A stretch of DNA of 54,727 nt from Nemertoderma westbladi. Its lineage: Eukaryota > Animalia > Xenacoelomorpha. Both the position numbers and the translations under genes were made by a program. The notes beneath the pieces are model-generated. The model was given only the letters and a program-made list of their open reading frames with translations, made no database searches and had not been told where the DNA came from. Shown one piece after another: positions 1-12,426 of this stretch. Within the stretch, counting starts at the first letter, position 1. The number at the start of each line of letters is the position of its first letter. Location of the stretch: assembly GCA_032718475.1 (NCBI GenBank), contig JAUCBJ010005064.1, positions 1-54,727 on the forward strand, in the 5' to 3' direction.

Positions 1-15
1 AGCGGCGGGCAGCGG

Positions 16-103
16 GCAGCGGCAGCGGCAGCGGCAGCGGCAGCGGCAGCGGCAGCGGCAGCGGCAGCGGCAGCGGCAGCGGCAGCGGCAGCGGCAGCGG
101 CAG
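16..103 (+). repeat. (GCGGCA)n hexamer microsatellite encoding poly-Ala in the gag coiled-coil region of element A
   Basis: About 14 perfect GCGGCA units running in frame into ESERKAEVAAEESERKAAAA. Confidence 0.9.
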
Positions 104-123
104 AATCTGAAAGAAAGGCGGAA

Positions 124-2493
124 GTGGCAGCGGAAGAATCTGAAAGAAAGGCAGCAGCGGCAGTGGCAGAAGCAGAACGGAAGGCATCTGAGGCGTCAAC
201 CCAACTAGAGTTGGAGAATCTTCAGGTGAAACAAGATTATTTAAATAAACAAAGAGCAGCTACTCAGATGCAACTACTGAGTCGATCTACTCCCAGAAGA
301 CAGGGATTTACCTCCTCTGATGAAGGCAATACAACAGATCCCGAGGGTAAAGGTAATTAAATCTCATTCTAGCGGACGTAGAAGAGCGCCACACCGTCAG
401 AAGTTACCTAATTTACCTCCTGCGGTGAGAAGGCAACTAGCTAGTGTAGACTTAAGTAATCCGGAGCCTACAGACCAAATTATTAGAGTAGACAGACTCC
501 CTACTATAGTAGACAAGCCCGAAATAATTAGGCCTGTCATTGAAGCCACTCCGGTGCTAGAGACCCCTGTACTTCCAGAACCTCACTCTAAATTCCCTTT
601 GCACAATACTAAACTACCTGTGCCCAGTAGACAAGCCCCGGAATCACATCCAGTCCTGGACGCTGAGCAAGACATAAATGAATTGTCTCCCGTCGTCCCT
701 ACGCATCACCCGGCTACCATGTTGGCGGCTCCCGCTTCTGCGGTTGAGTGGGTGGACGAGGGGCGACAGGGGATGAATCAGCTGCTCGGGCAGCTGGAGG
801 ACCACAAGAAAAGGTCTTCCCAGCAGGTCCGAGAATTGGAAGGGACTGTTCAGCTGTTAAAGGGAACAGTGAGAGAGAGTAGGTTAGAGAGACAACAGAG
901 TATCGCTTTAGAGCGCGATAAATTAGTAAATATACAAATGGGTATACCACCACCCCCTGTAACAATGTGTCAAACCGTTAGGTCTGAAGTATTTCATGTG
1001 CAAGGTGTGGAGCCTACATGCATCTATACTGCTAGTGAAGTAGAAACTCATATAGTAAACACTATTAAGGGTAATTATAAACCCGTTGATAATGATATCC
1101 CATACAGATCTGATCATAATCCGAGAAATTTATATACCGATAACTCGATATTAAATAATACGATGGCTCAAGAAAGTTTTACACGTCAAATGGCTAGAAC
1201 CGAAGCCCGTCAAGCGGTAAAGGTGGGAGAGGTCGTCAAGTTCAATGGAGATGAGATGAAATGGTTACCTTTTAATGAATATTATAAAGATAACATACAG
1301 AACTCTGTACTATCTAACGGAGAGAAACTTCGATTCCTCATCGAGTGCTTGGAAGGACCTCCCAAGTTAATGGCGTTAAAATTTATTGGACATCCAGACG
1401 GATTAAGACAAGTTTGGGATACACTAAACATCAGGTATGGTAATAGGACTAACATAGCTAGGTATTTATATGCGAAATTAGTAGCGCCCCGAAAGTTTCT
1501 TAGCAGCGGGATTATAGAGTTTTCCGATGAGATTCAGGAGATCTGTAGACAGCTAGATTGGTTATTAGGTAAGTCTCAAGAATACCAGAGTTCTATGGTT
1601 GTTGGAGCCGTAGCATCTACTTTGCCAAAGGGTGGAGTAGGTACTCGTTGGGACAAAAGGGTTCTCTATATGATGGACCAGCAACAAAGAGACCCTACCA
1701 TGGCTGATCTCATGTCATTCTTAAATGGAGAGGTAAGATTACAGCTCCTAAAGCAGTCCAGAGAGAAGACACCGGAAAGTAAGGTGAGTGAAAAACCCGT
1801 TTCTAGGAGAAAGGTAACACCAGTGTGATATACGGACGATGGTGAAGCCAAACCTCATACGAGGAGAACAGCGGTAAGGACACTGAAAGATCTTATTATG
1901 TCAATAAAACGAGGAAAGACGTAAGTAAATCTAAGTCTCGAAACAGTGACAGGAGAGAACAGGTAACAACTCCTCCTACGTCTCCTAAGAGAATTCATGG
2001 AAGAAAGCCCGAGGAAAGAACAAGTGTGCACAACACAACACAGGTTAAAGTAAGTAACATCAAACCCAAATGTGTATTGTGCGACGGGCCACATCGCTTG
2101 AGTGGGTGTGATGAATTCTTGAAGAAATCCCTGAAGGATAGACGTGATGTCATGTGGGATAAGCGGTTGTGTTATAATTGCCTCAGACGAGGACATCAAT
2201 GACGGACCTGTTACTCAGACGCGAAGTGTGCTAAGTGCGGCGCGAAACATCACATCTTGCTGCACACCGAATTTGACAGAACCCGTACGAGTCAGGTAAG
2301 TGAGCCTGAACTACATGTCCAATTCAGTGATGTGAATGACACTGACCACAGTTCGGAGATGGAAGGATTCTACACGGACGAATTCTCCGACGAAAATGAA
2401 TCCTGTTACATGATCAACACCGCTGTGTATCGAGCACTTACGTACGAGACTGAAACAGACTATGAAGATCCTCGGTTGACTATTCCGGATTGA
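124..2493 (+). pseudogene. gag: Element A gag (DUF1759-like core plus Cys/His knuckles), disrupted
   Basis: ORFs 124-360 and 320-1828 (KFNGDEMKWLPF...EKLRFLIECLEG...RYGN). Knuckle remnants CVLCDGPH, CYNCLRRGH, CAKCGAKHHILLH at about 2070-2265, with stops and frameshifts. Confidence 0.85.
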
Positions 2494-2544
2494 CAGCCAT
2501 CTTGGAAAGCGCCAACTTCCTCTGTCGGTATCCGAGAATTCCCT

Positions 2545-4950
2545 GTGGTGCAACTGAGAGTCCATGGGCTAGGGAAGAGCCTGATAGTAAACGCCCTCCT
2601 TGACTCCGGCAGCACAGGCACCTTCATTGACAAAGAACTAGCCGAAGACATCTTTGCTGGACAACCCAAGTTCCGAACTAAGTTGAACCTTTCTGGAATT
2701 ATGCAGGTTTGGAAATCCACAGTAGCCACAGATTACTACGTGGGTGCATTGTCCACTCCCCAGGATGAACTAGGAGAACATAGTGTAAGGTCGGTCAAAA
2801 TGGTGGCTATAGAGAACTTTGCTACTAGCCAAGTGGAGCCTTACAACTGGGATGAAGACCATTTTACCCAGCAACATAATATACCTAGATTCAACACAGA
2901 TTATCCAGGAGTGCAGATCTTACTCAGCCAAAATGCGCACAAAGCGCTTGAGACATTAGAAAAACGGCCTGCTCGACCGCAACCATTGCAGACGTATGCG
3001 GGAAGAACGAGAGTAGGTTGGTACTTCACTGGACCTTCCCGTAGAACCCTAAGGGAAAGACTTCCTAATGAAAGAATACATCAGGTGAATGAATGGGAAG
3101 AAGAAATCAGTGAGGGAGAATCCACAACTGAGGAAGTTCCATACTCCTCAGACAACGACGACATCAACCACTTGTATGATGAGGAAAATACTATAGATCT
3201 CCTCACTGAGAACCAAACTTGGTTAAACCAAGTTAACCTATGCCATCTCATCAATCAACATGGCAGACAATTTACTTATAACAACGAATTAAACGAAGTG
3301 ATAGATCGATACAATAACAAATTCCATGATGAACACGCCGTACGATTCTTTACTCAAGAAGCCGTAGAGCCTAATTCCTACAACAAAGCCTTGTCTGTCG
3401 AGGAAGAGAGAGCCAAGCAGATTCAGGAAACGACTACACGTTATCTGAAGGACGAAGGTCGCTATGAGATTGGTCTTCCGTTCCGACGGCGAGAACCCAG
3501 CTTCGTAAATAACCAACCTTTAGCGGAAAAGAGAATCGCACAACTACATCGGCGTCTGATGGCCAACATTCAAGCCAGGGAAATGTATAAAACCCAACTG
3601 AAGAAATTCATTGACAAGGGATATGCGGAGCGAGTTCCGGAAGAAACACCCATAACGGAAAGAACATATTACCTAACACATCATTACGTTCCCAAGCCCG
3701 GTAAACCCAACGAAGTCCGAGTAGTGTTTGACGGCTCCGCCCTTTACATAGGTCAATCCCTGAACTCAGAACTGTTGCCGGGACCCAACTTACTCCAATC
3801 TTTGTTGGGAATATTATTAAGACTGCGGCAATATTCTATGGCATTCGCTTCGGACATAGAAGGCATGTTCTTACAAGTCAAGACGCTGGATAGGGATCGA
3901 GACAGCCTACGATTTCTGTGGTGGCCTGAAGGAGACCTCAACCGAAAACCAGTGGAGTACTGGATGACCATCCAGGCTTTCGGGATCATCTCGAGCTCCT
4001 CGAACGCTTGTTCGGTAGTGCGTACCACTGCCGATGACAACCGAGACGCCTTCTCTAAAGCGGTTATCGACAACATCAAACGGGATATATACATGGACGA
4101 CAATTTAAAGTCCCTCCCATTGGTGGAAGAAGCCATTGATGTTGCCAAGGGAACGGTAGAGTGCTTGCAACGCGGTGGAATTCGGCTAACCAAATTCACT
4201 AGTAACTCCCGTGAGTTTCTGGAATCGATCCCGGTAGAAGACCGTGGTGTTAAAGATCTGGACCTCATCAAGGACGATCTTCCGGAAACTAAGACACTTG
4301 GATTAAAATGGGACACAGAGAGAGATATCTTGTTTTTCCAGTTAAAACAACGAGATAATCCAGTTAGAACTAAACGGATTTGTCTAAGTATCCTGAGCAC
4401 TTATTTAGATCCATTGGGATTTATTAGCCCAGTTATATTAGTTGCTCGGAGCTTAGTGCAACAAAGGTGGCTCGAAAACCACTCGTGGGATGATCCACTT
4501 AAGGGAGAACTACTAAAGACGTGGATGAAATGGGAAGATTCTCTACCATCCATCGATAACTTTAAGATTTCCCATTCATATTTTGGTCACGTTCTCCCCA
4601 CGTATTCCTATCAACTCCATGTGTTTGGAGACGCCAGCGATATGGGAATAGGTATAGTAGCCTACCTGAGGGTTGAAACTCCGGATGGAATTAAAGTTGC
4701 CTTGGTCGCCTCTAAGGCCCTAATAAACAACAAACTACGAGTTCCTAGAGCGGAGTTAAAGGCGGCTCTATATGCTACAGCCATCGGCCGGAATGTAACA
4801 GAACAGATCGACTATCCACTAGAGAAAACTGTCTATTGGACTGATGCTTTACTCGTTCTGGAGTATATAACAAATGAAGTCTGTCAGTTTAGCGTCTTCG
4901 TTACCAACAGAGTAGCCATTATACTCAGTCGCTCTAATGTAGATCAATAG
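2545..4950 (+). pseudogene. pol: Element A pol: aspartic protease, reverse transcriptase, Pao RNase H
   Basis: LLDSGSTGTFI (protease); RVVFDGS, SDIEGMFLQV, YMDD (RT); LHVFGDAS, PRAEL, YWTDA (RNase H). Premature TAG at 4948-4950 where WRH is expected. Confidence 0.92.
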
Positions 4951-5179
4951 AGACATTGCCCTGGGACGATTAATCCAGCCAACATCGCTTCCAGAGGAAC
5001 AATTCCTCAAGAACTGATAGATACTCCAGACTGGCAACTGGTTAGGTGGACCCTACTTCCTGAGTAAAGAAGCGGATGAATGGCCCCCTCATCTTACCAC
5101 TGCGGAGATTAGACAAGCCAAGGGAGCGGAGAAAGTCAAACCTAAAACCCGGACATGTAAATCAAAGTTATTTAAACCC

Positions 5180-6338
5180 GTGATAGATCTGTCTGTACTA
5201 CACATCTCCAGGGACGACACTGTGGATCTAAACTCCCCCACCACGAACAAATCTGTTATAGAAATCAGAGAAAGAGACTGGAAATCTGGAACACCAGATG
5301 TCTCGCAAGGACTCTCCCCTCTCCTGCAGAGAGCAATAAATCATTATAGCTCCTGGAATCGGCTTTGCAAGGCCGTTGTGTATCTTAAGAGATGTTTCCA
5401 TCATCACTATTCCAGGACGAAGATCGCTAGTGATATCGCTCCAATAATATCAGAAAAGGTCCATGCTATTAAAGACCTTCCCGCTTATAAAGTGTCTGAT
5501 AGGTTTCTGACTGAGAAGATCAGTTACCAAAAGCATGATGATACCAATAGGCAGATACTGAGACTCCTGCAATGCTACGAAGATTCCGATAAGTATTTCC
5601 GGTTGTTGAGAAATCCACAGATGCGCTTAAGGGATCGTTTCTCTAGTACAATGATAGATGGGTTAATACGTGTCGGAGGGAGATTAACTAATGCTCCATT
5701 GTCCTTTGACACTAAATTTCCCATACTCATTAGAAATCTTGAAATACAAATCAAGATGATTGTAGATGTTCACAGTAGACTTTACCATGCTGGTAGAGAA
5801 CAAGTTCTTAGCGAAATTCGAACTCGCTATTATTTCCATAAGCCCCGTAGAGCTCTAAACCAAGTTCTTAGGAACTGTATACCCTGTAGGAAAGCATTTA
5901 GTAGGCCTTTAACACAGCGAGAGGCAGAATTACCTAGGGAACGAGTAAGCTTCTATGAACCACCCTTTACTAATACTGGTGTGGATTTATTTGGCCCTAT
6001 TGAAGTATATCGTGCTAGGACCATTATCAAGCGATGGTGTGTAATCTTTGTCTGTATGACCTGTAGAGCGATCCATCTAGATATGGTGAACGACCTATCT
6101 ACCAACAGCTTCATACTGAGTTTACGTCGACAGATCCCTCGTTTTGGGACTAGCAACACTATGAGATCCGACAAAGGAACGAACTTCATTGGCGCCAATA
6201 ATGAGATCAAAGCTTACGTGAAAGATTGGAACCAAAGACAGGTGGACGATCAGCTAAGGGTAACAGCATCTTGCTGGACCTTCAACACCGCCGACGCCCC
6301 TTGGTGGGGAGGAAGTTGGGAGAGATTATTACGGAGCG
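5180..6338 (+). pseudogene. Element A integrase, N-terminal part (cut by insertion of B)
   Basis: HSRLYHAG...CIPC zinc finger; GVDLFGP, SDKGTNF, GGSWER (DDE core). The ORF-track extension to 6412 is LTR sequence. Confidence 0.92.
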
Positions 6339-8622
6339 TGTTACGGTATATGGCGCTGTACACATTATTAGCCATTATACAGTATAATATATTGGTCCAT
6401 TATGCAGTATAATATATTAGTCCGTTATACTGTACGCAATATTAGTCCGTTGTGCAGCATAATATTTTAGATAAGGCATAATAGCGCAGTGATATTTAGA
6501 TAGGGAAATCGAAACGCCCATATATTTTGAATTCATCCATTTTGTATAGTATGTAGCCCTACCTACGTAATTTTGTATTAGGATATAGGTAGATAGTTCC
6601 AGGGTAGCAAGTTCAGTTGGACCCTGGATATGTGCTTGCTGTTATTAGCTTCGATAGGGCTAGCATCTAGGGACGCTTTCCTGACCATTCCGCAGCCAGG
6701 GACATGATCCATTACCATATATGGTAATAATTTGAGGGTTTGGGAAGCAATAGGGCTACAATCCGGCCTTCTTATTGGACTAACTGCTTCCAGGTTGGTC
6801 TAATGCTAGCGCGGACTGGAGAGCCAATAGGAGAGCGATTGCATCACCCTTATTGCATCACCCCACTCGGATCACCTATAAATTGGCAGTTTGCTGGTAG
6901 AGCTGTACCTTATTATCCTTATTATCCTTATTATCCTTATTACCCTTATTCCTATTCCCTCAGTCCTATTACCAATCCCTATATCACTCTTCACCTACTT
7001 TTAGGAGTACAATTTGTGCGTATTTTTTCTGCATTTCTACCCTTTGATTAATTTTCTTGAAATGATTTGCAAATTTATAATTTCTGTTTGATTCTTGTTG
7101 TGTTTCTCAATCAATCTCAAAGATTACTGCTAATTACATCATGGAACTGTGATTTCTACCCTTTAGTTAATGGTTCTATGTAATTTCTTTCGACGCAATA
7201 ATCCTACGGGATTTCTGAGACTGTCAGACTTGTGATTTGCATGCGCCGCTACGGTAGCTAGTCAATAAATGGAGGGCTAAGGTGCCAGTAGGCGGTGGGC
7301 ACATCGGGGGTTTGGGCGACTAAGGGAGAGCGGAGGATTCAAAGGTGGGCAATGCTGGCGGGGGGCCACCGTTGCGGTCGGGCAACTGGCGTTGCGGTTG
7401 GGCAATTTGCGTTGTAGCGGGCAGACCATCTGCTGGTACGGCAATTAGGGGGCTGATGATCCAGATTTTGTCTCTATTTTGTAGTATTAGGGGGGCAGGA
7501 ATTGGGTTAGTTAGGAAGCCTTAGACGTACTGGGGAGAGGCCTGCGTGCTTTAAAATAGCGAATAGCGAATTGCATGGCGAATTATATGATTGCGGATTG
7601 TATAATTGCAAGTTGTACTATTGCGATCTGTGATTGCTGACGCTGATTGGTGTGTTACTGAAGTGTGCCTATGATTACGAATGCTTAGGTAGGCGCCCCT
7701 TTCTCTTTGATTGATTTCTATTTCTTAGTTACAACAAATAATTACTGATTAGGTCAAAGTAATACGGCATTTTAGGCTATTACTAGCGAAACCTGTTGTG
7801 TAATAAATTAGAATTACGCATTCTGGAACTCTTAGTAATTAGTACGCTGTTACATATTTGTGACTGTAATTGATTAGTAAAATTAAGAATTAGTACGCAG
7901 CATAGCGGAGAGTAGCTAGGTAATAATTTAGAGTACCGTAAACTATTCACGCTGAGCGGTTATTTGCATTAGCGGGCAATAAGCTAGATCGCAGTATTCA
8001 ATACGCAACTCGCATTAGTAAATTGCTGGCCTAAAGCCAGCCGCAGGCAAATTTAGACTCAGAGTGGTACTGCCCACGAAAGACATTGTACCGTACCCTT
8101 ATTTGATTATTTTAAATATTCTCGCATTCACACATTCCGTTAGGGAAACCCCAGTATTCGCGATTAGAAAAGACGTAGGCATTGGCGTACTTCAATAGTA
8201 GTAAAATTAGACGTAAGAATATACTCTGAGTGCAAAGCCTCTCGCACTCGTCTTAAGTAAGCTTAGGGAGCCGACTCGGGTTTATTGTTTTGGTTATTCC
8301 CGCGTGGCTCATAGATTCGAACAGTTAGCTCTCTGTCGAGCGATCGGCAGAGAAAGGAACAAGTGACTTTGCAGGAGCCGTGTAAATTTAGTAAATTATA
8401 TTAGCGGACGGCAGATTAGCGCCATCCAACGGTAAGTAGCGGTTTTGTATTTAGCAGCCCTACAATTAGTAATAGCACGCTCCTGATCCCCTTTATTTAA
8501 CAGTAGAGCAGTCTTTGTGTCTTATTGGTTAGGCGGGAATTTATTAGGTTGGCAGAGAAGTATACCCGTACTTGTCTGTTCAACAGTTCTGCTGTTAGTA
8601 AAGGTGACGCGCTAGTTTAACA
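6339..8622 (+). repeat. 5' LTR of element B (2284 bp)
   Basis: Direct repeat of 26810-29078; starts TGTTACGG, ends TTTAACA. Differs by 5-bp and 10-bp indels and roughly 15 substitutions seen by eye. Confidence 0.97.
6824..6882 (+). promoter_or_regulatory. Candidate LTR promoter (CCAAT and TATAAA)
   Basis: CCAAT 6824-6828 and TATAAA 6877-6882, followed by (CCTTATTAY)n; present in both LTRs. Motif-only evidence. Confidence 0.4.
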
Positions 8623-9753
8623 GTAAAGCACGTGATTTGCTTGCTGTACTGCATACAGTAAATACAAATTAGATTACTGTATTAGGCACTGTACTGCGTA
8701 CAGTAGGACAGAGAGTGTATTCTTAGGCTGTTGGTTTGGATTACTGTATTCACTGGTCGCGTACAATAGTACAGTAGTACATTAGGCTGATTGCTGTTAC
8801 TGCGTACGGTAGAAGGGATATTTGTTTTGCCGTACCACACACAGTATCATTAGGCTGTTAGGTTGGTGTACTGTTTTACTTACTGTACTGCGTACAGTGG
8901 ATGTACGGTAGTGCGTTTTACTAATTGCGAATACAGCAGTTCCTTAGGCCTTAGGGCGAATTGTAATTAGTAAGTTTTTTGAAAATTTTAGCTAGGTTTG
9001 CGAGAATTCAGTTTCGGTCAAAATTATTTGTAAAATTCTAGAGTTTTGTACCGGTATGTTAGGTAACCGCTTAGTTATTTTATACCATCTGGAGATACAT
9101 GGCAAGATGGAACTTCTGAGTTTGGGGTTCGTGTGGGTCTGCGGGTTCGGTTTGCAATCAGCGAAAAGCCTGAATCTTTGGACGCGGACGTGGAATCTCA
9201 CAGCAAACAAGGTTAGTTGTTCTGTTGGCACCATTGTGATTGTGGAAGCAGTAAAAAATTATCGGTTGTTTAACTGCGAAGCTGAACTCAATTTATTAGT
9301 TAGGTTAGTTAGGTTTAGCCGGCCATGGTTTTTTGAATCGCTCAAGTTAGAGAGAGAGTTAGAGAGAGTCGCAACCCGAAGATGTAGCCACACGCTAGTG
9401 GATACATATAATATTTGAAATTAAAATTACGTTGATTAGAGCTATATATGCAAAATTGGAATTATTTGGGTGGCAAATTTATTCTGAATATTTTGTATTA
9501 GATTCAGAAATTATTTGTGTCATACCGGTATTTAATTGCTATAGTAGCTATATAATAATATTTGTTTAAATATTGTGCTAGTATTTGCTATAACTATACC
9601 CTATTAAATTCACAATATTGCATTGCGAATTTATTTGACATTTGGACCAACTGATTATTTGACAATTAATTTGACCGTATTTCGGTTAAATTATAATTAT
9701 ATCTCGAACTTTTGCAAGATATTTTTGCCGGAAGGCAAAACATTATTTAGACT

Positions 9754-11757
9754 ATGAGTGTCTCAGACAAGGAGGCACTGGAGGACAGCTATGAGACGGC
9801 GGCAGGACCGCCGACTGACGATAGCGTAAATATTACTGTTGACGACAATGCCGACTATGACGACGCAGCGAGCGACGCTGATGTAAGTGAACAGGAGGAC
9901 GAGACAGTGACTAGTGAGGAAGAACAACAATCTCAAGTAATAGTATTAGGATCCCCTACCACTACTGTAAGGAAGGACCGCACAGCAGCCCGGACAGAGG
10001 TGAGTGATAGGGAGGGTAGTGTAGCAGAAGCGAGAGCCCGGAGCCCGGTTTCCAGACCTGTGGGTAAGGTAAGTGCCGTGGTCCCGACCGCTGTAAGGAG
10101 TACCCGTAGTTCCCGAAATAATCCTTCAAGTCCACCGAGTGTGAGTCAGGTAAGCGAGAGAGAACTAGACATTGCGATAAAGAAGAAACTTCGCGCGCAC
10201 GCCGGACATATAACTCGGACGACGGACAAGGTAAGGAAGATGTTAGCTGACTCAGCGAACATCGGGAGGGTAGAGTTAGTAGAGATTAGAAGAGGATATA
10301 ACTCAGCGTTATTCAAGCAGACGGAGGAGCTTGCAGTCCTAGCGAAGAAGGCAGTAGAGTCTCAGTCGAGCGACGTGGCGACGAGGATTTACGACAGGGT
10401 TTTAGCAGCCTTGTTGGAGCACCGCGAGTTATCGGAGCGATTTCGACGAGTTAGGATGGAAAACTGGCTGCTATGGGCATCACAAGCGCAGGCGACTCAG
10501 GTGAGTGACACAGAGTTAAGAGACTTAGTGGAGCGGGAAGAGATCCAAGATAAGGAAGAGCGCCGTTATCAGAGGGAAGTTACTAGCTGGCTGATGCAGA
10601 ATGGAGTGGTGGTACCGGGCCAGGTGCTACCGACGACGGAGAACATTCAACAGAGGATGTTGACTCCGCCCGACGACGCATCTAGAGACAGTGGCGATTC
10701 CCAGGTTAGTCACGCGCGAGGGAAGGTTATATGTGCTAGATCCCTTGTTTCGCACAACTCGGCAGAGGAGAGAAGACGCCGACTGGACGAACAACAGGCG
10801 GAAGTTTTGCGTGCATCGGAAGCACGGAAGGAAGCCGAGCAGGAACGGGAGCGCACACGTAAGTTGGATGCGGAATTACGAGAGTTGGAAGAGATAAGTA
10901 AGCGCGAGCGAGCGGAACGCGAGCAAAGGGAACGCGAACTCCAAGCCGAGCGCGAGCGCGAGGAACTCGAACGCGAACAGAGAGAACGCGAACTCCAACT
11001 TGAATGCGAACGGGAAGCGAAGAAACGCGAACTCCAACTCGAACGCGAACAGGAAGCGAAGAAACGCGAACTCCAAGCCGAACGCGAACGCAAGAAACTC
11101 GAACGTGAACAGAAGGAACGCGAGCTTCAACTCGAACGTGGACGCAAGGAACGCGAACTCGAGATCGAGAAAAGAAGACGCGCATTGTATGAAGAAAAGG
11201 AGCGAGTGGAAGAAGAGAGCGCAGCGAGACGAGCGAGGGAAGAAGAAGAACGTAAACTGGTGCAGTTGGAAAGTGCGAGATTAAGTTTAGAGAGCGAAGA
11301 ACGGACTAGAAAGGCGAACGAAATCGCCGAGAAGGGGATGCGAATGATCGAAGAATGTGGGGTGAGTGTAGGGACCGAGTTGCGAGAACTGTTCGCACTG
11401 CAGAAGGCCGAACAGGAAGCGAGAACTCCGACTATACGCGAGTCGACGACGACCAGAATTCCTATACCCGGTCCAGCTATTACGAGTACACGGATCGCTA
11501 AACCGTTCTCTACATATCGCACGCCAGTTGGTATTGGTGCTTCACCCATCGCCCAGGATCCACGTCTCAGAACACCGCACCACTGTACACCGAACGAGAC
11601 AACGGAGAGTTTAGAGAAACTCCGACGGGACGAGTATTGGGCGAACCGAACCCGTGGGTTTGGAATACGCGGGCGGAACGCCGACCCAGTTCGACGGAGA
11701 ACTTCCGGGTTAAACCGGAAGAGGGATCATATGAGAGACAGCGGATTACTCAGATAG
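9754..11757 (+). CDS. gag: Element B gag N-terminal region (acidic start, long E/R-rich coiled coil); first segment of one gag-pol frame 9754-18159
   Basis: 667-aa ORF in frame with 11812-12375 and 12427-18159, separated only by TAG 11755 and TAA 12373; ERELQ repeats at about 10900-11170. Confidence 0.85.
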   Translation: MSVSDKEALEDSYETAAGPPTDDSVNITVDDNADYDDAASDADVSEQEDETVTSEEEQQSQVIVLGSPTTTVRKDRTAARTEVSDREGSVAEARARSPVSRPVGKVSAVVPTAVRSTRSSRNNPSSPPSVSQVSERELDIAIKKKLRAHAGHITRTTDKVRKMLADSANIGRVELVEIRRGYNSALFKQTEELAVLAKKAVESQSSDVATRIYDRVLAALLEHRELSERFRRVRMENWLLWASQAQATQVSDTELRDLVEREEIQDKEERRYQREVTSWLMQNGVVVPGQVLPTTENIQQRMLTPPDDASRDSGDSQVSHARGKVICARSLVSHNSAEERRRRLDEQQAEVLRASEARKEAEQERERTRKLDAELRELEEISKRERAEREQRERELQAEREREELEREQRERELQLECEREAKKRELQLEREQEAKKRELQAERERKKLEREQKERELQLERGRKERELEIEKRRRALYEEKERVEEESAARRAREEEERKLVQLESARLSLESEERTRKANEIAEKGMRMIEECGVSVGTELRELFALQKAEQEARTPTIRESTTTRIPIPGPAITSTRIAKPFSTYRTPVGIGASPIAQDPRLRTPHHCTPNETTESLEKLRRDEYWANRTRGFGIRGRNADPVRRRTSGLNRKRDHMRDSGLLR

Positions 11758-11811
11758 AGCCGACTGACTATACAACAGAACCCTAGCCAGGAATTTATTA
11801 CGAGGGATGAG

Positions 11812-12375
11812 TTGAGTGCTAGTTTAGCGCAAGCTATATCGCCGCACATCCAACCTATAACAGACATGCTTAGTAACCTACAGTTAAAGGAAGCAACCCA
11901 GGTAAGAAGTAATTCTAATCCTAGCAGGCCTGAGTTAGACAAAGTCCAACCTAATCAACGAGTACGCATATCGGAGGAAACTATACCACATAGACCTCAG
12001 GTAAGGACGCCTGTCCCGAATATCCATAATCCCAACTTCGAAAACTCAGCCGAGAAATTTATTGAGGATGCTTGGGTCAGGGCCTCGGCGCGCAAACCAT
12101 CGCGAGCGCTAAGGACTGACACCGAGTCAAGCGATGAAGAGGAAGAAATGAGACATCAGAAGTCCCGAAACTATAAGGAAAGAAGGACGGACGCGGAGCA
12201 GGTAAGTTTCAATCCCCGGGAAAGGACCAGACTTAACAACCCTGCAGAACTAAACCATTTGTTAACCCGGAACGACGCAACCCTTAGGGACATAGGTAAG
12301 TTTGCTGCTAGGCAAGGACTGCCGACGCAACAACCCCAGAAGTTTATGGGCAACCATAAGCATTGGAGGACCTAA
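11812..12375 (+). pseudogene. gag: Element B gag middle segment between two in-frame stops
   Basis: Ends LPTQQPQKFMGNHKHWRT*, the start of the DUF1759-like core, which continues in frame. Confidence 0.75.
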
Positions 12376-12426
12376 AACGAGCAGCTAACCAACAGCACCT
12401 TTACTCCCAACGAGAAGTTCAACTAT

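Noticed and set aside
6331-6345. Target site GGAGCG|TG resembles B's own PPT-LTR junction GGAGCGG|TG
   Set aside because: A clean 5-bp TSD and the restored host frame indicate ordinary integration; a 6-bp similarity can be chance.
6740-7051. 103-aa ORF with YPY repeats present in both LTRs (also 27196-27507)
   Set aside because: TTG start; the repeat comes from the (CCTTATTAY)n tract and conservation only reflects LTR identity.
11755-11757. TAG between gag segments as a programmed readthrough site
   Set aside because: No CARYYA-type context, a second stop follows at 12373, and BEL/Pao gag-pol is normally one ORF; point mutation is more likely.
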